DNA from: Curvularia clavata
Lineage: Eukaryota
Assembly (NCBI GenBank): GCA_023920165.1
Contig: CP089275.1
Span: forward strand, 1,550,001-1,614,000
DNA: 64,000 nucleotides
Direction of reading: 5' to 3'
Numbering within the stretch: position 1 is the first letter of the stretch; every line of letters begins with the position of its first letter. The position numbers were made by a program, and so were the translations under genes. The notes under the pieces are model-generated. The model saw only the letters and a program-made list of their open reading frames with translations, did no database searches and was not told the DNA's origin. Of the stretch, positions 38,342 to 50,523 are shown in pieces.

Positions 38342-39637
38342 ATGAAGGCAATTAGGAGTTTTCTGAAGAAGCGCCGCCAGAGCTTTCAGAATCGCCACAA
38401 GACGCCGGCTGAGCAATCCCCCGCGAAGCCAGACACTCGCAACGCGGCGCCAGCGCCAGCGCCAGCGCCCCAGGCCAATGACAATCAACAACAAGTTTTG
38501 GCTGAAGCTGCTCCTCCTGGAACACTTCAGCTCGCGCTCCAAAACAAGTCTAGTTCTAGCACAGTCTATGCGTACATCACTGGTCTCGCTATTGACCGGG
38601 GAAATGCACCAATGTTTATTCAATCCGACGGCCAGACTGTCTACTACCCTGTTGCACCAAGCGAGATCCTTCAACCGCTACAGGCTGACGTCGCCATTCC
38701 ACTTGGTAATCCGGGAAACACTGTTAGTGTCAGGATACCCAAGATCGCTGGTGGTCGCATCTGGTTCAGCATCGATGCAAAACTCACCTTTCGGCTGAAC
38801 CCCGGCCCTGCTGTCGTGGAGCCAAGTGTGACTAACCCCAGCGACCCAAACTACAACATCAACTGGACCTTCTGCGAGTTTACCTACAACGATGCACAGC
38901 TTTTTGCAAACATTAGCTACGTGGACTTTGTTAGTATCCCTGTTGCGTTGAGCCTGACCAACGCGCAAGGCAATACGCAAAGCGTACCAGGCATGGGTCC
39001 TGACGGGCCGAGCGTGCTGCAGCAAAGGTTGCGTGCCCAAGCACAGAAAGATGGTCGTCCCTGGGATAAATTAATCTACGAGTACAATGGCAAAGCACTT
39101 CGAGTCCTGAGTCCCAATAACCTCCTCGTTGGCAATGCAGATGCTTGGGGCAACTACTGGGACGGCTACGTGCAAGCAGTGTGGAACAAATTCAAGAACG
39201 AGGACATGACCATCAATACACAGGCCGCTGCTGGAAATGTAAGCGGACGTGTCCAAGGCAATGAGCTTCAGCTAGGCGAGGCAGGTTCCTTCGCGGCGCC
39301 TTCTGCTCGAGACATATTTTCGTGCAGCACGGGACCATTCCAGACTGGCAGCAACCAAGCACGCAACGCGGTCATTCCTCGTCTCGCTGCTGCTTTCAAT
39401 AGGAGCACTCTTCTCAATTCACCCAGCAATCAATTCCCTAATGGCAGCAACCCGAGCCAGTACTACCTAGATCAGACAACAAACCACTACTCACGAATTG
39501 TGCACGAGGTCCAGAAGGACGGGCGCGGCTACGCTTTTCCGTACGATGATGTGGTCCCCGATGGTGGAAATGATGTCGCTGGTACGGTCTTTGATGGAAG
39601 TCCGCAGTTGTTTACTATTGCAGTAGGCGGCAATTAG
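38342..39637 (+). CDS. glycoside hydrolase family 64 beta-1,3-glucanase
   Basis: GGRIWFS, VEPSVTNPSDPNY, WTFCEFTYN, ANISYVDFV, RLAAAFNRS, TNHYSRIVH, GYAFPYDDV; TATAAAA at 38152. Confidence 0.92.
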   Translation: MKAIRSFLKKRRQSFQNRHKTPAEQSPAKPDTRNAAPAPAPAPQANDNQQQVLAEAAPPGTLQLALQNKSSSSTVYAYITGLAIDRGNAPMFIQSDGQTVYYPVAPSEILQPLQADVAIPLGNPGNTVSVRIPKIAGGRIWFSIDAKLTFRLNPGPAVVEPSVTNPSDPNYNINWTFCEFTYNDAQLFANISYVDFVSIPVALSLTNAQGNTQSVPGMGPDGPSVLQQRLRAQAQKDGRPWDKLIYEYNGKALRVLSPNNLLVGNADAWGNYWDGYVQAVWNKFKNEDMTINTQAAAGNVSGRVQGNELQLGEAGSFAAPSARDIFSCSTGPFQTGSNQARNAVIPRLAAAFNRSTLLNSPSNQFPNGSNPSQYYLDQTTNHYSRIVHEVQKDGRGYAFPYDDVVPDGGNDVAGTVFDGSPQLFTIAVGGN

Positions 39638-40019
39638 TAGTGCTGTTGTTGCCTTGTGATAGAGTGTCAGTGCTTGGCGTATTACGTGTAGTGGATGAGG
39701 ACTTGTTGCCAGATTATGTGGGGTACCTTTCATCGTTGCATTCTACTTTCTTGTTGATGTTTCTCCTTGTGCTAGAATACCAATGCTCTCACTTATTGGC
39801 TTCACTGCCTAACTTCTAAGAGTTGAAAGCTTTTTACCTGACACGTCTTTGCTCTGTTCGGAGGGATGCCACCCTACAAGCACTGCTCAACACAGTAAAT
39901 AACAAATAGCTCTGATGAATACAACTATTTTTAAATGCAGAACCGCAAGTGATAAGAAGGCGAAAATCATAAGTAACTGTGACAGCTACATTCATCTTTA
40001 AAGGTGGAGTCCTGAGTGA

Positions 40020-40305
40020 TGAGACTGCATTGAATAGAAAACCCAATGGACAATCACCTTCCGCTACGTTGAGATCCTGAATTCTGTCAATGGCAACACT
40101 TCCAGACTGAGCCCCGTTGACGCCGCCTCAGAATAGGATATCCAGAACGACAAGGCCCCTGTCATAGTTCTCTCCTCGGTGCATTTAGACCTTACCGCCC
40201 ATGTTGCAAGCTACGAGACTGCAGCGAAAGCCTGGAATTTCCTCACTGATCGGTTTGATCGGGATACTGGCAATAGCACGATTCAGCTCTTTCGCCAAGT
40301 CCCAA
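40020..40305 (+). mobile_element. Ty1/Copia gag fragment (degenerate)
   Basis: frame reads IE*KTQWTITFRY..E*DIQNDKAPVIVLSSVHLDLTAHVASYETAAKAWNFLTDRFDRDT, resembling the Copia gag (UBN2-type) pattern; two in-frame TAG at 40035 and 40134. Confidence 0.65.
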
Positions 40306-40712
40306 TTGCATCTTCAACATATTTGAACTAGCGTCTACTATATGATGCACTTATGGTTCAATGATACCCGAATTTGATAAGTGGTAATGGAAACATCTCG
40401 CTGGAGAGTCATTGTGAAAGTACTCCTGATATCGAACAATGCTGAAGTGGACAGCCTTGTACCTAGTGCTAGTCCACTGATTGTAGTGAACCAAGCAGCG
40501 GCAAGTATACAATGTCAAGCTATTCTCACACTGCGTATAGTATCAGACATACACAACTCATTTCTTACTTTATAAATCATGTATCCAATTATTCCCACAA
40601 GTCTCCTCACAAACTACAACCAAACCTGTCAACAATTCTTCTCGTAAACCACGATCATTCTTTTCAACGATCTCAAGAACCAACAGACAAATCAAATCAC
40701 AAATCCATAAAG

Positions 40713-41462
40713 ATGTGCCAGAACTGCCCCAAGTACGATGACCCTCAGGAGGCCGCCGCGGTGGCTGAGGATTGTCGGACCAACATCAAATATGCAATAG
40801 AATTTGTAGATCTGGTATCAAAAGCCTGTCTGGATTTAGAGGACGACTATCGCAACATCGGTCTGTATTATCACACGACCGAGTATGAGGCCCGCGCGAC
40901 CATGGCGGCGATGCCTCTTTTCTCTGATGAACTGATCCACTTGGAGGATTACTTTCAGATTACAGAGCCGGCAGAGTACGACAACTGGGCCAGCACGTTG
41001 GCGTCAGTCATTGAGAAGGCTTCGACGCTGCGCTCCGATATGGTGCACATTCCTCGTCAAGCCACCCCGGAATGTCTCGTCCATGAGTACAACCAAGTCA
41101 TCTGTCCTGCGTTGGAGGATCTCAAATCCATCTTGGTAAGCGAGCGCGACATTCTGAAGGACCTGGCCTCTGAAGTGAACCATCTTCGCACGATCGAAAT
41201 GAATGATGAGGATCGACCCCGGTCTTGGTGGTATTTCAAACACAACCCAGAGACTGGGAAGTCGGAGTTGGAACATGAGGGGGAAGAATGGAACGACTTC
41301 GTGAACTGGGTTGCCTGCCTCCCGGAGACACGCAAGGCTATGGAGCAAGGCGAGCATGTTCATGATATTGTGCGGCGTTGGATTCAGCGCGAGGATGGTC
41401 TATCACTGACCGGCCTACTCCTGCTTGATGATGGAACCATTATCACTGAAGATTTTGAGTGA
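40713..41462 (+). CDS. hypothetical acidic helical protein (orphan)
   Basis: 249-codon stretch from AAGATG with GC3-rich codons, after an A/C-rich leader; no recognised motif. Confidence 0.7.
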   Translation: MCQNCPKYDDPQEAAAVAEDCRTNIKYAIEFVDLVSKACLDLEDDYRNIGLYYHTTEYEARATMAAMPLFSDELIHLEDYFQITEPAEYDNWASTLASVIEKASTLRSDMVHIPRQATPECLVHEYNQVICPALEDLKSILVSERDILKDLASEVNHLRTIEMNDEDRPRSWWYFKHNPETGKSELEHEGEEWNDFVNWVACLPETRKAMEQGEHVHDIVRRWIQREDGLSLTGLLLLDDGTIITEDFE

Positions 41463-41995
41463 TTTGCTGTGAGAACGTAGAAGGAGTATCGGGTTTGTTC
41501 GGATAGAGCCCACGAGGCTTGACCTCATTGTAATGGATAAGTACATGTCATGTATTACGCGATCATTGTTTTAGATTCGAACCAATATATGCTATTACAA
41601 ACAACCCTTGATTTGTCTTCTATATCATCTGCTATTTCATGTGCACAATTAAGGGGTAAGTTAATGGGCTAATAGTGAAATGATAGCTGAAGTGATTGAA
41701 TTCGGATACTAGCATTCTCTGGTCTTCAATGGAAGACACACTATATTTGAAGATATCAGTTCGGTATGCTGAGCCTCTAAAACACGTGTAACTCCAGGAA
41801 ACGAGCGTAAAATGACCGGGTACCAGTATCAGTTATGTAGCATTGTTTCAAGATAGTATCAGGTATTAGAATTTGCGCAAATCCGTGTACTTGAACGTAT
41901 CATTGGGATCAACCAGGCAAGTATTGACGTAAGATCTGATGTGTCTTGCCTGATCCCATACATTCCCAATTCTCTTGCCTACCGAATAGGCGCCG

Positions 41996-43105
41996 TTAAA
42001 AGTTATCCTTACTCAGGGTAGTCACTTCTGGAAATCGCGGCTCCTGACCCTGAAGTAACGGCCCTCCCACCTTGCCTGAAAAAGCTCCATTCACCCACTC
42101 CTTTGTATATGCGCCGAGGATGTGGAGCCACTGCATTGGTGCAATCTCGCCCATCAAACCCGCCCAATATGCGGTGTCCTCCCCTGCTGCCTGTAAAAGC
42201 GTAGGTAAATCTAACATACCCTCGTGCGTGAGATTTGAGACCTCGATACACTGCTTTGGACCCTTGAGTTCTGGCCATGTCTCTGACCATAGAGATTCTT
42301 CTCGTTCGGTGGCGATGAATAGTACTGGCTGTGGTAGTCCTGCTGGAGGCAACGAGCCGAGGAACGGACCGTCCAAGTTGATGACGGCATGAATACGGGG
42401 GTCAAGACTAGCGGCAATGACAGCAGCAGCACCACCTAGAGAGTGTCCAAGCATAGCCACGCGGTCGGCAGGCAACTTTTGGAACGTGTGCTCGGGAAGA
42501 AGCTCGGCTACGGCAGTAGCGTTGTTTAATTGATCAATGACAAACACTGCGTCGGCGGCGCGAACATAGGCATAGGGGGCCAATTCGCTTATGTCCATAA
42601 CGTTTGGGAGGTCGCTGTAGACTGCGTGACCATCAGGATAGGTTATAGCGTTCGTCTCTCCAGGATGGTCCATAGTGATCACCATAAAACCCTCGCTGGC
42701 GATGGCAGAAGCAACAACATTGTAGTAGAGGCGGGATCCTCTGTAGCCCGGCGAAAGAAGTATGATGGGTGCGTCATATACTGGCGCACAACTATTGTGG
42801 TTATTTGGACACACTGGCAGGAGTGCCTCTAGTAGGAGAGGAGTTAGGTCAGCGGAGATGTTGAACGTGTCCCGTGCCCATGGTCCCTGATATTCCGCGG
42901 TTTTCTGAGGCATGTATTGGACTGGTACAGTTGCACACCTCGTGGGCTGGAAGATGGATAAGGCCAAGGTTCGGCCACCGCGTTTGTAATCAGTGGCAGT
43001 CCCCACAGTCAAAGTGACATTGTAATTCCCTGGCGGGTTTGGGAGGAGGTATCCTGCAACCGTATGGGCAAGAATAACGGAATAATATAAATTTCTGAGC
43101 TGCAT
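41996..43105 (-). CDS. secreted PAF-acetylhydrolase-like alpha/beta hydrolase
   Basis: signal peptide, LLPNPPGNYNV, LLSPG, ASEGFMVITMDHPGE, RAADAVFVIDQL, GHSLGGA, INLDG. Confidence 0.88.
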   Translation of the reverse strand: MQLRNLYYSVILAHTVAGYLLPNPPGNYNVTLTVGTATDYKRGGRTLALSIFQPTRCATVPVQYMPQKTAEYQGPWARDTFNISADLTPLLLEALLPVCPNNHNSCAPVYDAPIILLSPGYRGSRLYYNVVASAIASEGFMVITMDHPGETNAITYPDGHAVYSDLPNVMDISELAPYAYVRAADAVFVIDQLNNATAVAELLPEHTFQKLPADRVAMLGHSLGGAAAVIAASLDPRIHAVINLDGPFLGSLPPAGLPQPVLFIATEREESLWSETWPELKGPKQCIEVSNLTHEGMLDLPTLLQAAGEDTAYWAGLMGEIAPMQWLHILGAYTKEWVNGAFSGKVGGPLLQGQEPRFPEVTTLSKDNF

Positions 43106-44159
43106 TTGGTTGGGTAACGTTTTTGAAGTTCGGTATCCACGCTCGAAACAAGAGATGCTCAATGTGATTGTACAATATTCAGCAGGAAGGTGGCATTCAG
43201 CAGTATTTATCCACAATTCTCACATCTGCCACTCCACTTTATGAAAGGAAGTCATAAAGCACACGTAGTAAGTTTTCGGCTGAGCTTCATTGCATAACCA
43301 CGAATCATGTGGTGCTCATTCAGGACTCGATTTTGTGGGTACTCCCCGCGGATGCATGCAAACAGTGGATAAGTTCTACGCATGCTATCCCAGAAAGTAA
43401 GATTTCGTAAATTTTACTCTTTGATAACCAATAGCAAGTATGCAATGCCTGGCTGTAATGCTGGCAGACTGTGCTTGGCTGCTGGTTGCCTAATCCTGGC
43501 AGTATACTGGCTTAACCTGCATTGCGCGTGCCTCAAAACATTACGCGGCGTACAACATTCGAATTGGAAATAGATAGTGAGTGATCTTGAGGGCGCTTCC
43601 AGTGTAGAGACGTTGAAGCAAAGTTTAGCATCCTCTCGCAAGCATTGCCTGATTAGGCATGAAACCATCACGCTTGTGGGAGCCGAGTACACTGCGGCTC
43701 ATGTACTTCTTGTACGCTAATCCCATCCAGACCCTAACCCTGATCAACATTACATTCATTCTGTCTGCCATATACGGATATGCTTGCGATGAGGAAATTT
43801 CCAGAGTCAGTGACGTTCATGATAGTGCATCACGAATCGATCATGAACAAAAAGGGTTCCACTGGTTTTTCTAATGAATCATTGGCTTGCAAAAGACACT
43901 GTAAATGATGCGCAATGTACTAGGAACGACCGAGAAGCCTCCCTTAGAACCTAATCTAGCACTAGGGGTGACAAGTTGACTTGTAAAGAACATGATACTT
44001 CAGTAGCTCACTGCAGTCTCCTGTACAACTATTATCATACCAAGTGACTACCCCAATAATTTTCAGAACCTTAAGGTCTCTATTATATCGCTTTTTCTCG
44101 TTTACTTATGCTCTCACGAGAGATGCGCTTTCATAAAATAACCCTCAAGTAGTAACAAG

Positions 44160-45400
44160 AGATGTGCCAAGCTGTGAAAATTAGTGCTTTCATGTCGAGA
44201 CCCCTGATTTGGGTGTTCTTGAGCGCTCATAAACTTTCTCTTATTAACACCTCCCAACTATTTGAGGGTTTTGGAAATCAGGGCAAGAAAGATTGTGCTT
44301 TCATATTCAAACATTTTCAATATACTCTGCATTATAGTGATACAGAGCTCCAGCATGAATTGTCATGGGCGCTGGGAAACTTTGAATAAATGAGATTGTA
44401 TGGAGTGGACTGATCCAAATTCCGCTAGCTATTTCAGCCAGTTGATGAATTTCAATATATACTACTACTTGACCAGAATAGTCTTAAATGAACTTAGTCT
44501 AATTAGCTGATCAGCTGATCTGATATGGCATGGACCAAATCAGTTGATCAGATTATTGATCAATGCGACGGGTTGCGACAACTATTGAATGAGCAGAACG
44601 AGGGCAGAAACAAAAGCATAAGAAAGGGGAGAAGGCGGCGAAGAACGTCGCTTGTATTGGAGCAAGAAGAGTTCCTTCGCAACCGAAAGAAACACATCAA
44701 GCCCGCAAGATACGGCATGCGAAGTACATTCAAGTTAACTATACCTGTAGTCAGTCCTTACAATCTCATGATGACATGTGTCATAGCTTGTTTGATATCA
44801 CAGTGAAATCATCCTCGAGTACTTTCACCAAGACTTCCCTAGTGCCAACTAAAAACCTATTTCAATCAAAGACATTATATTGGCATTTCGTACAACTTCT
44901 AATAGAGCCATTTAAAATGAGTAGCTTGTGAGTCCTGTAGACAGAAAAATATTGCAATCATTTGTTTTGTTAGATAAACCCTAATTACCACTTGGCCTTA
45001 GAATAGAATGAGACGCGGTCAATGAATTATTATAAAGACTCCTATAGAACCTTGAACAATAGACGAACAGGGATGAAGCAAGAAGGCAGCAAATAATGCG
45101 CATGTCACAAGATATCTACATGACCAATATTATGTATGTAACATATTCGTAATAAGACTTTTTCCTATAACCAGTGTAATTCTTGAAGAAATCTTGCAAA
45201 GATGTATTCTGGAGAGCTAATTCCATCTTTTTATGGGAGATACGACCACATGAATTGTACGTCGTGGACTGTTACCTTCCTATAACCAACTGTAGCAGTA
45301 AATCATAGAAACGTGATGTGAAATTGACTTGAATCCTCTCTAGCGAGCGGAAGCTTGTCGGTACAACTAGATGGCAATCGTTGCCTAATTATTCACTGTT
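44160..45400 (+). pseudogene. AT-rich decayed coding relic of unknown origin
   Basis: protein-like frames broken by frequent TAA/TAG (e.g. DAVNELL*RLL*NLEQ*TNRDEARRQQIMRM near 45010-45105); visibly AT/TpA-rich. Confidence 0.35.
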
Positions 45401-48400
45401 GATGTCGAAAGGCTATCCTGTTATTCGAACACTAGTAGAAGCCGGTTCTGGTTTCGGCTATCGAGGCGTCCGCCGATACCCGGTGTATTGAGGCTCTGCG
45501 CTGCACCTCAATATACGACTTAGAGTTGTTCGCCCGGCTTTTCCTAACTTGCTCTAGCATCGTTGGCAACAAGTTTACTTTTCTAAGCGGGAATACCCCG
45601 TACATGCATGTACAGTATGGATCAATGTGAGTCACACACGTCACAAGCTGAAATTGGATGGCGACATACTCACATGAGACCACAAGTGCATCGCTCCCGT
45701 CTTTAAGCCTCATCTCTGGCGTATGTCACTTCCCGAAAGATTTCAAAGCGCATAAGTCATATTCGCAGCAAAATCTACAGTGAATTTTGTGTCCTCCGCG
45801 GTCGTAGAACAGACTGTTGACGGGCAACGCATGCTACATGTCGAAGAAAACACCAAAGGAGTATGAACTTTGCACTTTCTAGCGATATCTTCTATGTGTA
45901 ACAATCAGCACGTCAGTCAAAGGGCGCCTTAGAGCGGTAAATGCCTAATGCCGTCCGCCTAGTTCGACATCTTGATTCATTGGTCTACGTTCACCGATCA
46001 AATGAACGATTCTTACAGCTGAATCGATCTCATGATCTCGCATGTGATTCCAGGCCTCAGATTAAGAAGTATTACTTGTTGTTTCAACGTGGGGTGCATG
46101 AATGTGGGGGATGCACACCACCCCAAGATGCAGGCAGAGCCAGATTTTCGGCGCAATACCGTTGCGACGAGGGGATCTAGAACGAAGCCCAGAATGAGTT
46201 ACGGAAAACTGGTTATGAAGCCAGTTGCCACAGCGGAACATGGCGCTTGCATACAGGATGTTACGTGCAGGAAGTAATTGCATGCAGCTGCTGTGAAACA
46301 CAAGTAAGCGCAGGAATGTCGCATTCAAGAGAGCTTTCACCCTTAGCATCTGAAAACATGCGGTCATATGTGAGGCGCTGATAGCGAATATTGACTATTG
46401 TGCCCCTCCAGTAGATTACTGGTTGTTGATGCTTCTGCCAAGAACAAATAGATGCTGCTATGAACGGTGTGGTGGTCCGAGGAATATTGGACCATCTGAT
46501 GGGGTAGTGGAGTGTCTGCGCAGGAAGCTGAGGTCGAGGAAGGTTTTGCCAAGGACACAAGGTGAGTTCAGAGTACGAATAGCATGTAGTGCCCAATGGA
46601 AGTTCTGTTGAAGAAAATTAGGCGAACTAGGCGTTGATCTCAGATCGCCGCTTTTGATAAGAAAGGTGAGGCAAACAGCTGCCTTGTTCAACAAAAGAAC
46701 CGACAAGTGTGATGCTTTCTTGCTTGCTTATTCCAAGCACTTTACGCCAAAAGATATCTCCCCTACGGAGGTGCTGGATATGATTGGTTGTCAGGCAACA
46801 CTTTGCAGCAAACACGTCGAATATGCATCGCAAGATACGCCTGAAATGCAAAGGAAAAGGTCATTGCAGTCTGACATTTGAGGCTCTGCTCGTGAGTACT
46901 CAATTGAATAGGAGAGTGTTGGCTCAGAACGCTCTTAGGTGGGAAGCGCATTCTAGCTATAGTAGCAGTATAGGCGAATCAAGATGAGTTGTAAGAACAT
47001 GTTTGAAGGTGGCGCATCACAGCCTGCGAGACAAATTACACGATGTGCAGGGGCTTGATCCTGAATCTGTTACCCGCCGATCTTTAACCGTGCGCCTTTA
47101 CACTTGCTTGCCAGGCTTGACCGGTCACCTCAGGCGTCACCAACTTCTGAAAATGGAGAATACTGCAGGAAACTAAACTCGAATGGTGGTTTTCGGCACG
47201 ACCAAAAAAGCTTAAATTGACATTAGTTAGTCTCTGATAGTTGAACGTCTTTCTTGAAGTCGATATTTGCTTTGGTAACAAAGACGATCAGCCAGGCTTA
47301 AGTACAAAGCCCGGATGCAATGGTTAAAAAGAAGGTGTGTTGAATGAGGCTAATCCACTAGCTGCATTTTGATCGCTACAGCTGGCAGGCTGAATCAGTG
47401 GAATGCGCCTGTTGTGCGAAGACCCACCAATGATGTGCAATGGCTAGAATTTGGCGCATGATGCTATAATCGAGACGCAAACTTGTGGCTCTGCAAGCTG
47501 CGCCATTGCGTTAGTCGAAGAACTCAGTAGTACATCTTCATGAGTTTCATTTTCCGCGATTTGCGCCAGGTTGGGTTCCAAGCAACATGCGTCCAGTGGT
47601 GGACATACCCAATCGTGTCTGGCCAGGTTTCCCTGCCCACATTATCAGCTGTACTAGCCACCCTTGGCTCATGTGGAAATCAGTAGCTGGGTCAATTTGC
47701 GAATCATTCAGGCCGTATTAGCACTGTGTGAAGCCGCCGGCCACAGGAAGATCTGTCATTTAGGTGTGACAATCCCGCCTGTGTGAGGTGTGATGTGTAT
47801 ACTAGTGACAGAGAACGAGGCTAAAGTAGCCTTTCCGGCCCATAATTGGTCTTCCTTGTATACTATGTGAAATTGCAGATACGCCAGACTGGTCAGAACA
47901 TAAGGACGTGGCCAAATCAGATCTCTGACAGCATATCCCAACAAGTGAAATTACCTGGGTCATATTCATGCCAGCAAAGCCATTTTCTCTGCTGTCTCAC
48001 TCATCAAACAAGCAACACTGACTAATGAGCAGTGTCTAGCAAATTGAATGCTGCTGATGAAGCCACTTTTGCAAACCGCGCGTACTCTCAGGGCTTTTGA
48101 TGCAACGACAGATTGGTATCGCGGGACTCTTGGCTCCAGACCTGGCCAGTACAGTCTCTAGCGTTGCAAAGCCCTCGATCACTCGCCATCGATCCATTCT
48201 CCATTTGGTTCTTGCTTCTGGTTCTTCCAGACGGCATGGTGCAAAAGGTGTTGACGGGAACAAAGCGTCCCTTTAGAAGTTTTCTTCTCCAGCATTCAAG
48301 TAGCTTTTGTTAATATTCGAAAATGAATATCCGAAATTGAGCTTTTAAAACATCGAAGGTTCAGATGAACCCCCTTGGTCGTTTGAACTCGATTGTGCAC

Positions 48401-48710
48401 CATACTGAGCGGGAAAGATCGGATTCCTTGTTTCCATGTCGTAGCTCCCTTGAGCAACGACTTCCTGATCGACCTGATGATGACCTCTCGGCTGTTGATG
48501 GATAGTCCACAAGAATTTACATCCATGAGAGGTGTTCCACGAGGCCATTGTTATAGGATCGTGGTCCAAACTTATTCTCAGAGATCTGCCATTAATCCTC
48601 GGCCATAATCCATCCCTCGGGGCTTTGATGCTCAAAGCACCTTGGGCCTTTTCCCTAGACATGTTACCTGAGGGTTCGCATCTCCACAATAGCCTGGTTC
48701 CAGGTACCGT

Positions 48711-49736
48711 CTAACTCTGCCGGAACTCCTTCGTGTGTAATACCAATACAGGCTCGTCACATGAGATAATTCCGCTGCTTGAAAGGACGCTATCTTGTTT
48801 CTCCTTGGGTCTGCTAGGATAGCCCTCGAGTTCTTCACTCTTAAATTGCGCCCCAATGGTCCCAAGGCAGTGCCAGTCCTGGAGAGCTTTTTCCATCAGA
48901 TCATCCTGATCCGATTCTTCCAGAGACGCTTGTGTTATCGGTGACTGGAATATTGTATTGACAAGCCAATTATCCACGTTTGGTTTGTTAGCAAACAGAA
49001 CAATGTTTGTCGCTTGACGTTCATCGATTTCCTGAGCTTCTGGATCGACTTTCGTCTGCACACAAAGCTGCAGCGCCTTTTCTGATGAAGTCGCATCAGG
49101 GACTTCGTTACTCTGCTTGAAGACTTCCCAGTCACGTGTTGGATTTAGGGGTGCTCCGTCCACGATATCCACATTTATCTGGGCCTGCATAGATGTTGAT
49201 GCAGCTGGGCAACGTGAGTGGACGCTTCTTAACTTTTCGATGAAATGCATCTCCTTTCCAGTATGTTCAACTTCCTTCATGGTATAGTCTTGCTCGAAAT
49301 CATCATACTCGGCTTCCAGCAAGCCTAGCTGATCTCGTAAAGCATCGGTCTGCTCGAATGTTTCCTCTATCTCTCGAGACAAAGTGATGTTCTGTTTGTG
49401 TAGGAAAGTCCGTAATTGATTGATCACTGATCCTTCTTGAGCACCTGTCTGTTCACGAATTTTACGAATTTTTTCTCTTTCTGTTTTCATCTGGGATCGG
49501 TAGCCTGTCAAATCCTCTCTAGCAGCCATGATTTTGTCGTGTTGTTTTTCAATTTCATAAAATTCCTGTGCTCTCCTTCCTTCGGTCAATTCGCCGAGCT
49601 GTTCTACCGGCGTCTCAGCTCGTACCAACGGTGGAATGTTAGACTGCGGTGGTGGCGGTGGTGGTGGCAGATTCATATAGAGGTTGAGCTGTGAAGGTTG
49701 TAGGGGCAAATCAAATCCTCGCTCATCTGTGCTCAT
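48711..49736 (-). CDS. hypothetical coiled-coil protein; ends uncertain
   Basis: long ORF with a poly-Pro run and an E/K/Q/R-rich heptad region; first in-frame ATG at 49736 just after a GTAATT..GCTGAC..CAG intron-like segment. Confidence 0.55.
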   Translation of the reverse strand: MSTDERGFDLPLQPSQLNLYMNLPPPPPPPQSNIPPLVRAETPVEQLGELTEGRRAQEFYEIEKQHDKIMAAREDLTGYRSQMKTEREKIRKIREQTGAQEGSVINQLRTFLHKQNITLSREIEETFEQTDALRDQLGLLEAEYDDFEQDYTMKEVEHTGKEMHFIEKLRSVHSRCPAASTSMQAQINVDIVDGAPLNPTRDWEVFKQSNEVPDATSSEKALQLCVQTKVDPEAQEIDERQATNIVLFANKPNVDNWLVNTIFQSPITQASLEESDQDDLMEKALQDWHCLGTIGAQFKSEELEGYPSRPKEKQDSVLSSSGIISCDEPVLVLHTKEFRQS

Positions 49737-50523
49737 ATTGCCTGACAGCAGGTTGTCAGCAGGAAGATGGGTTGCAATCGAAGATGATGTATTTCGCCGT
49801 TCACTGCTAGAATTACTTGTGGAGTTTGCTCCTTTGCCATGGGAAATGGTGTGCACTTGACTGAATCGACTCTGCAGCCATTTTCCTAGGTATCCACGTC
49901 AGCGCCCTACATGCTTGCGTGTTTGCTTTGTCTCCACACCGAGTTTTTTACGCTTCCTGACAAAAGCAAACGAGGCTCTGTCCACGCGGGTCTCTCTTTG
50001 CGGCGTAGCCATCGAATGTGTTGGACTAAAGTTGAGATCATTCAAAGCAGTCCAGAGGTACAACACGTGTGATGGTGAAGAACGAAGAAGGTTAGGATAG
50101 CGAGGTGATCTGGCCGGAATTACACCCCTGATGTCAAGCAGCCACCATGCACGAGCTAAGAGGCAGCATTTAAGGAGGCATAGCGCGAAGGATCCAAAAG
50201 CGAGGTGGAATACCGATGATGCGGCCAGCCACCAGGGTATAAGCTAGTCGCCCCGTGCCACATACCTCGGGTCGACCCATGCTTATCGCTTCACCAAACG
50301 TCTGCCCACTCGGCCGCGTTTCTGGCCTAGCGCACCAAGATCCATGCAACATGGCTTCATTGATTGATCAACTCCGCACTTTACTCACTCACATGCGTAG
50401 AATGCGGCTCTGCTGCTTCGCTTCATCGGCAGCAGGCTGAATCTCTTCAGGCTTAAATAGCTTGCGCAACATGGCACAGCGGGGTCACCGCACAGCTGCC
50501 TTTGTTCAGTACTACTAAAAAAC

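Noticed and set aside
20410..43105. Lipase/esterase gene cluster (Atg15, NLR hydrolase, SGNH esterase, PAF-AH-like)
   Set aside because: Unrelated families, widely spaced, with no backbone biosynthetic enzyme
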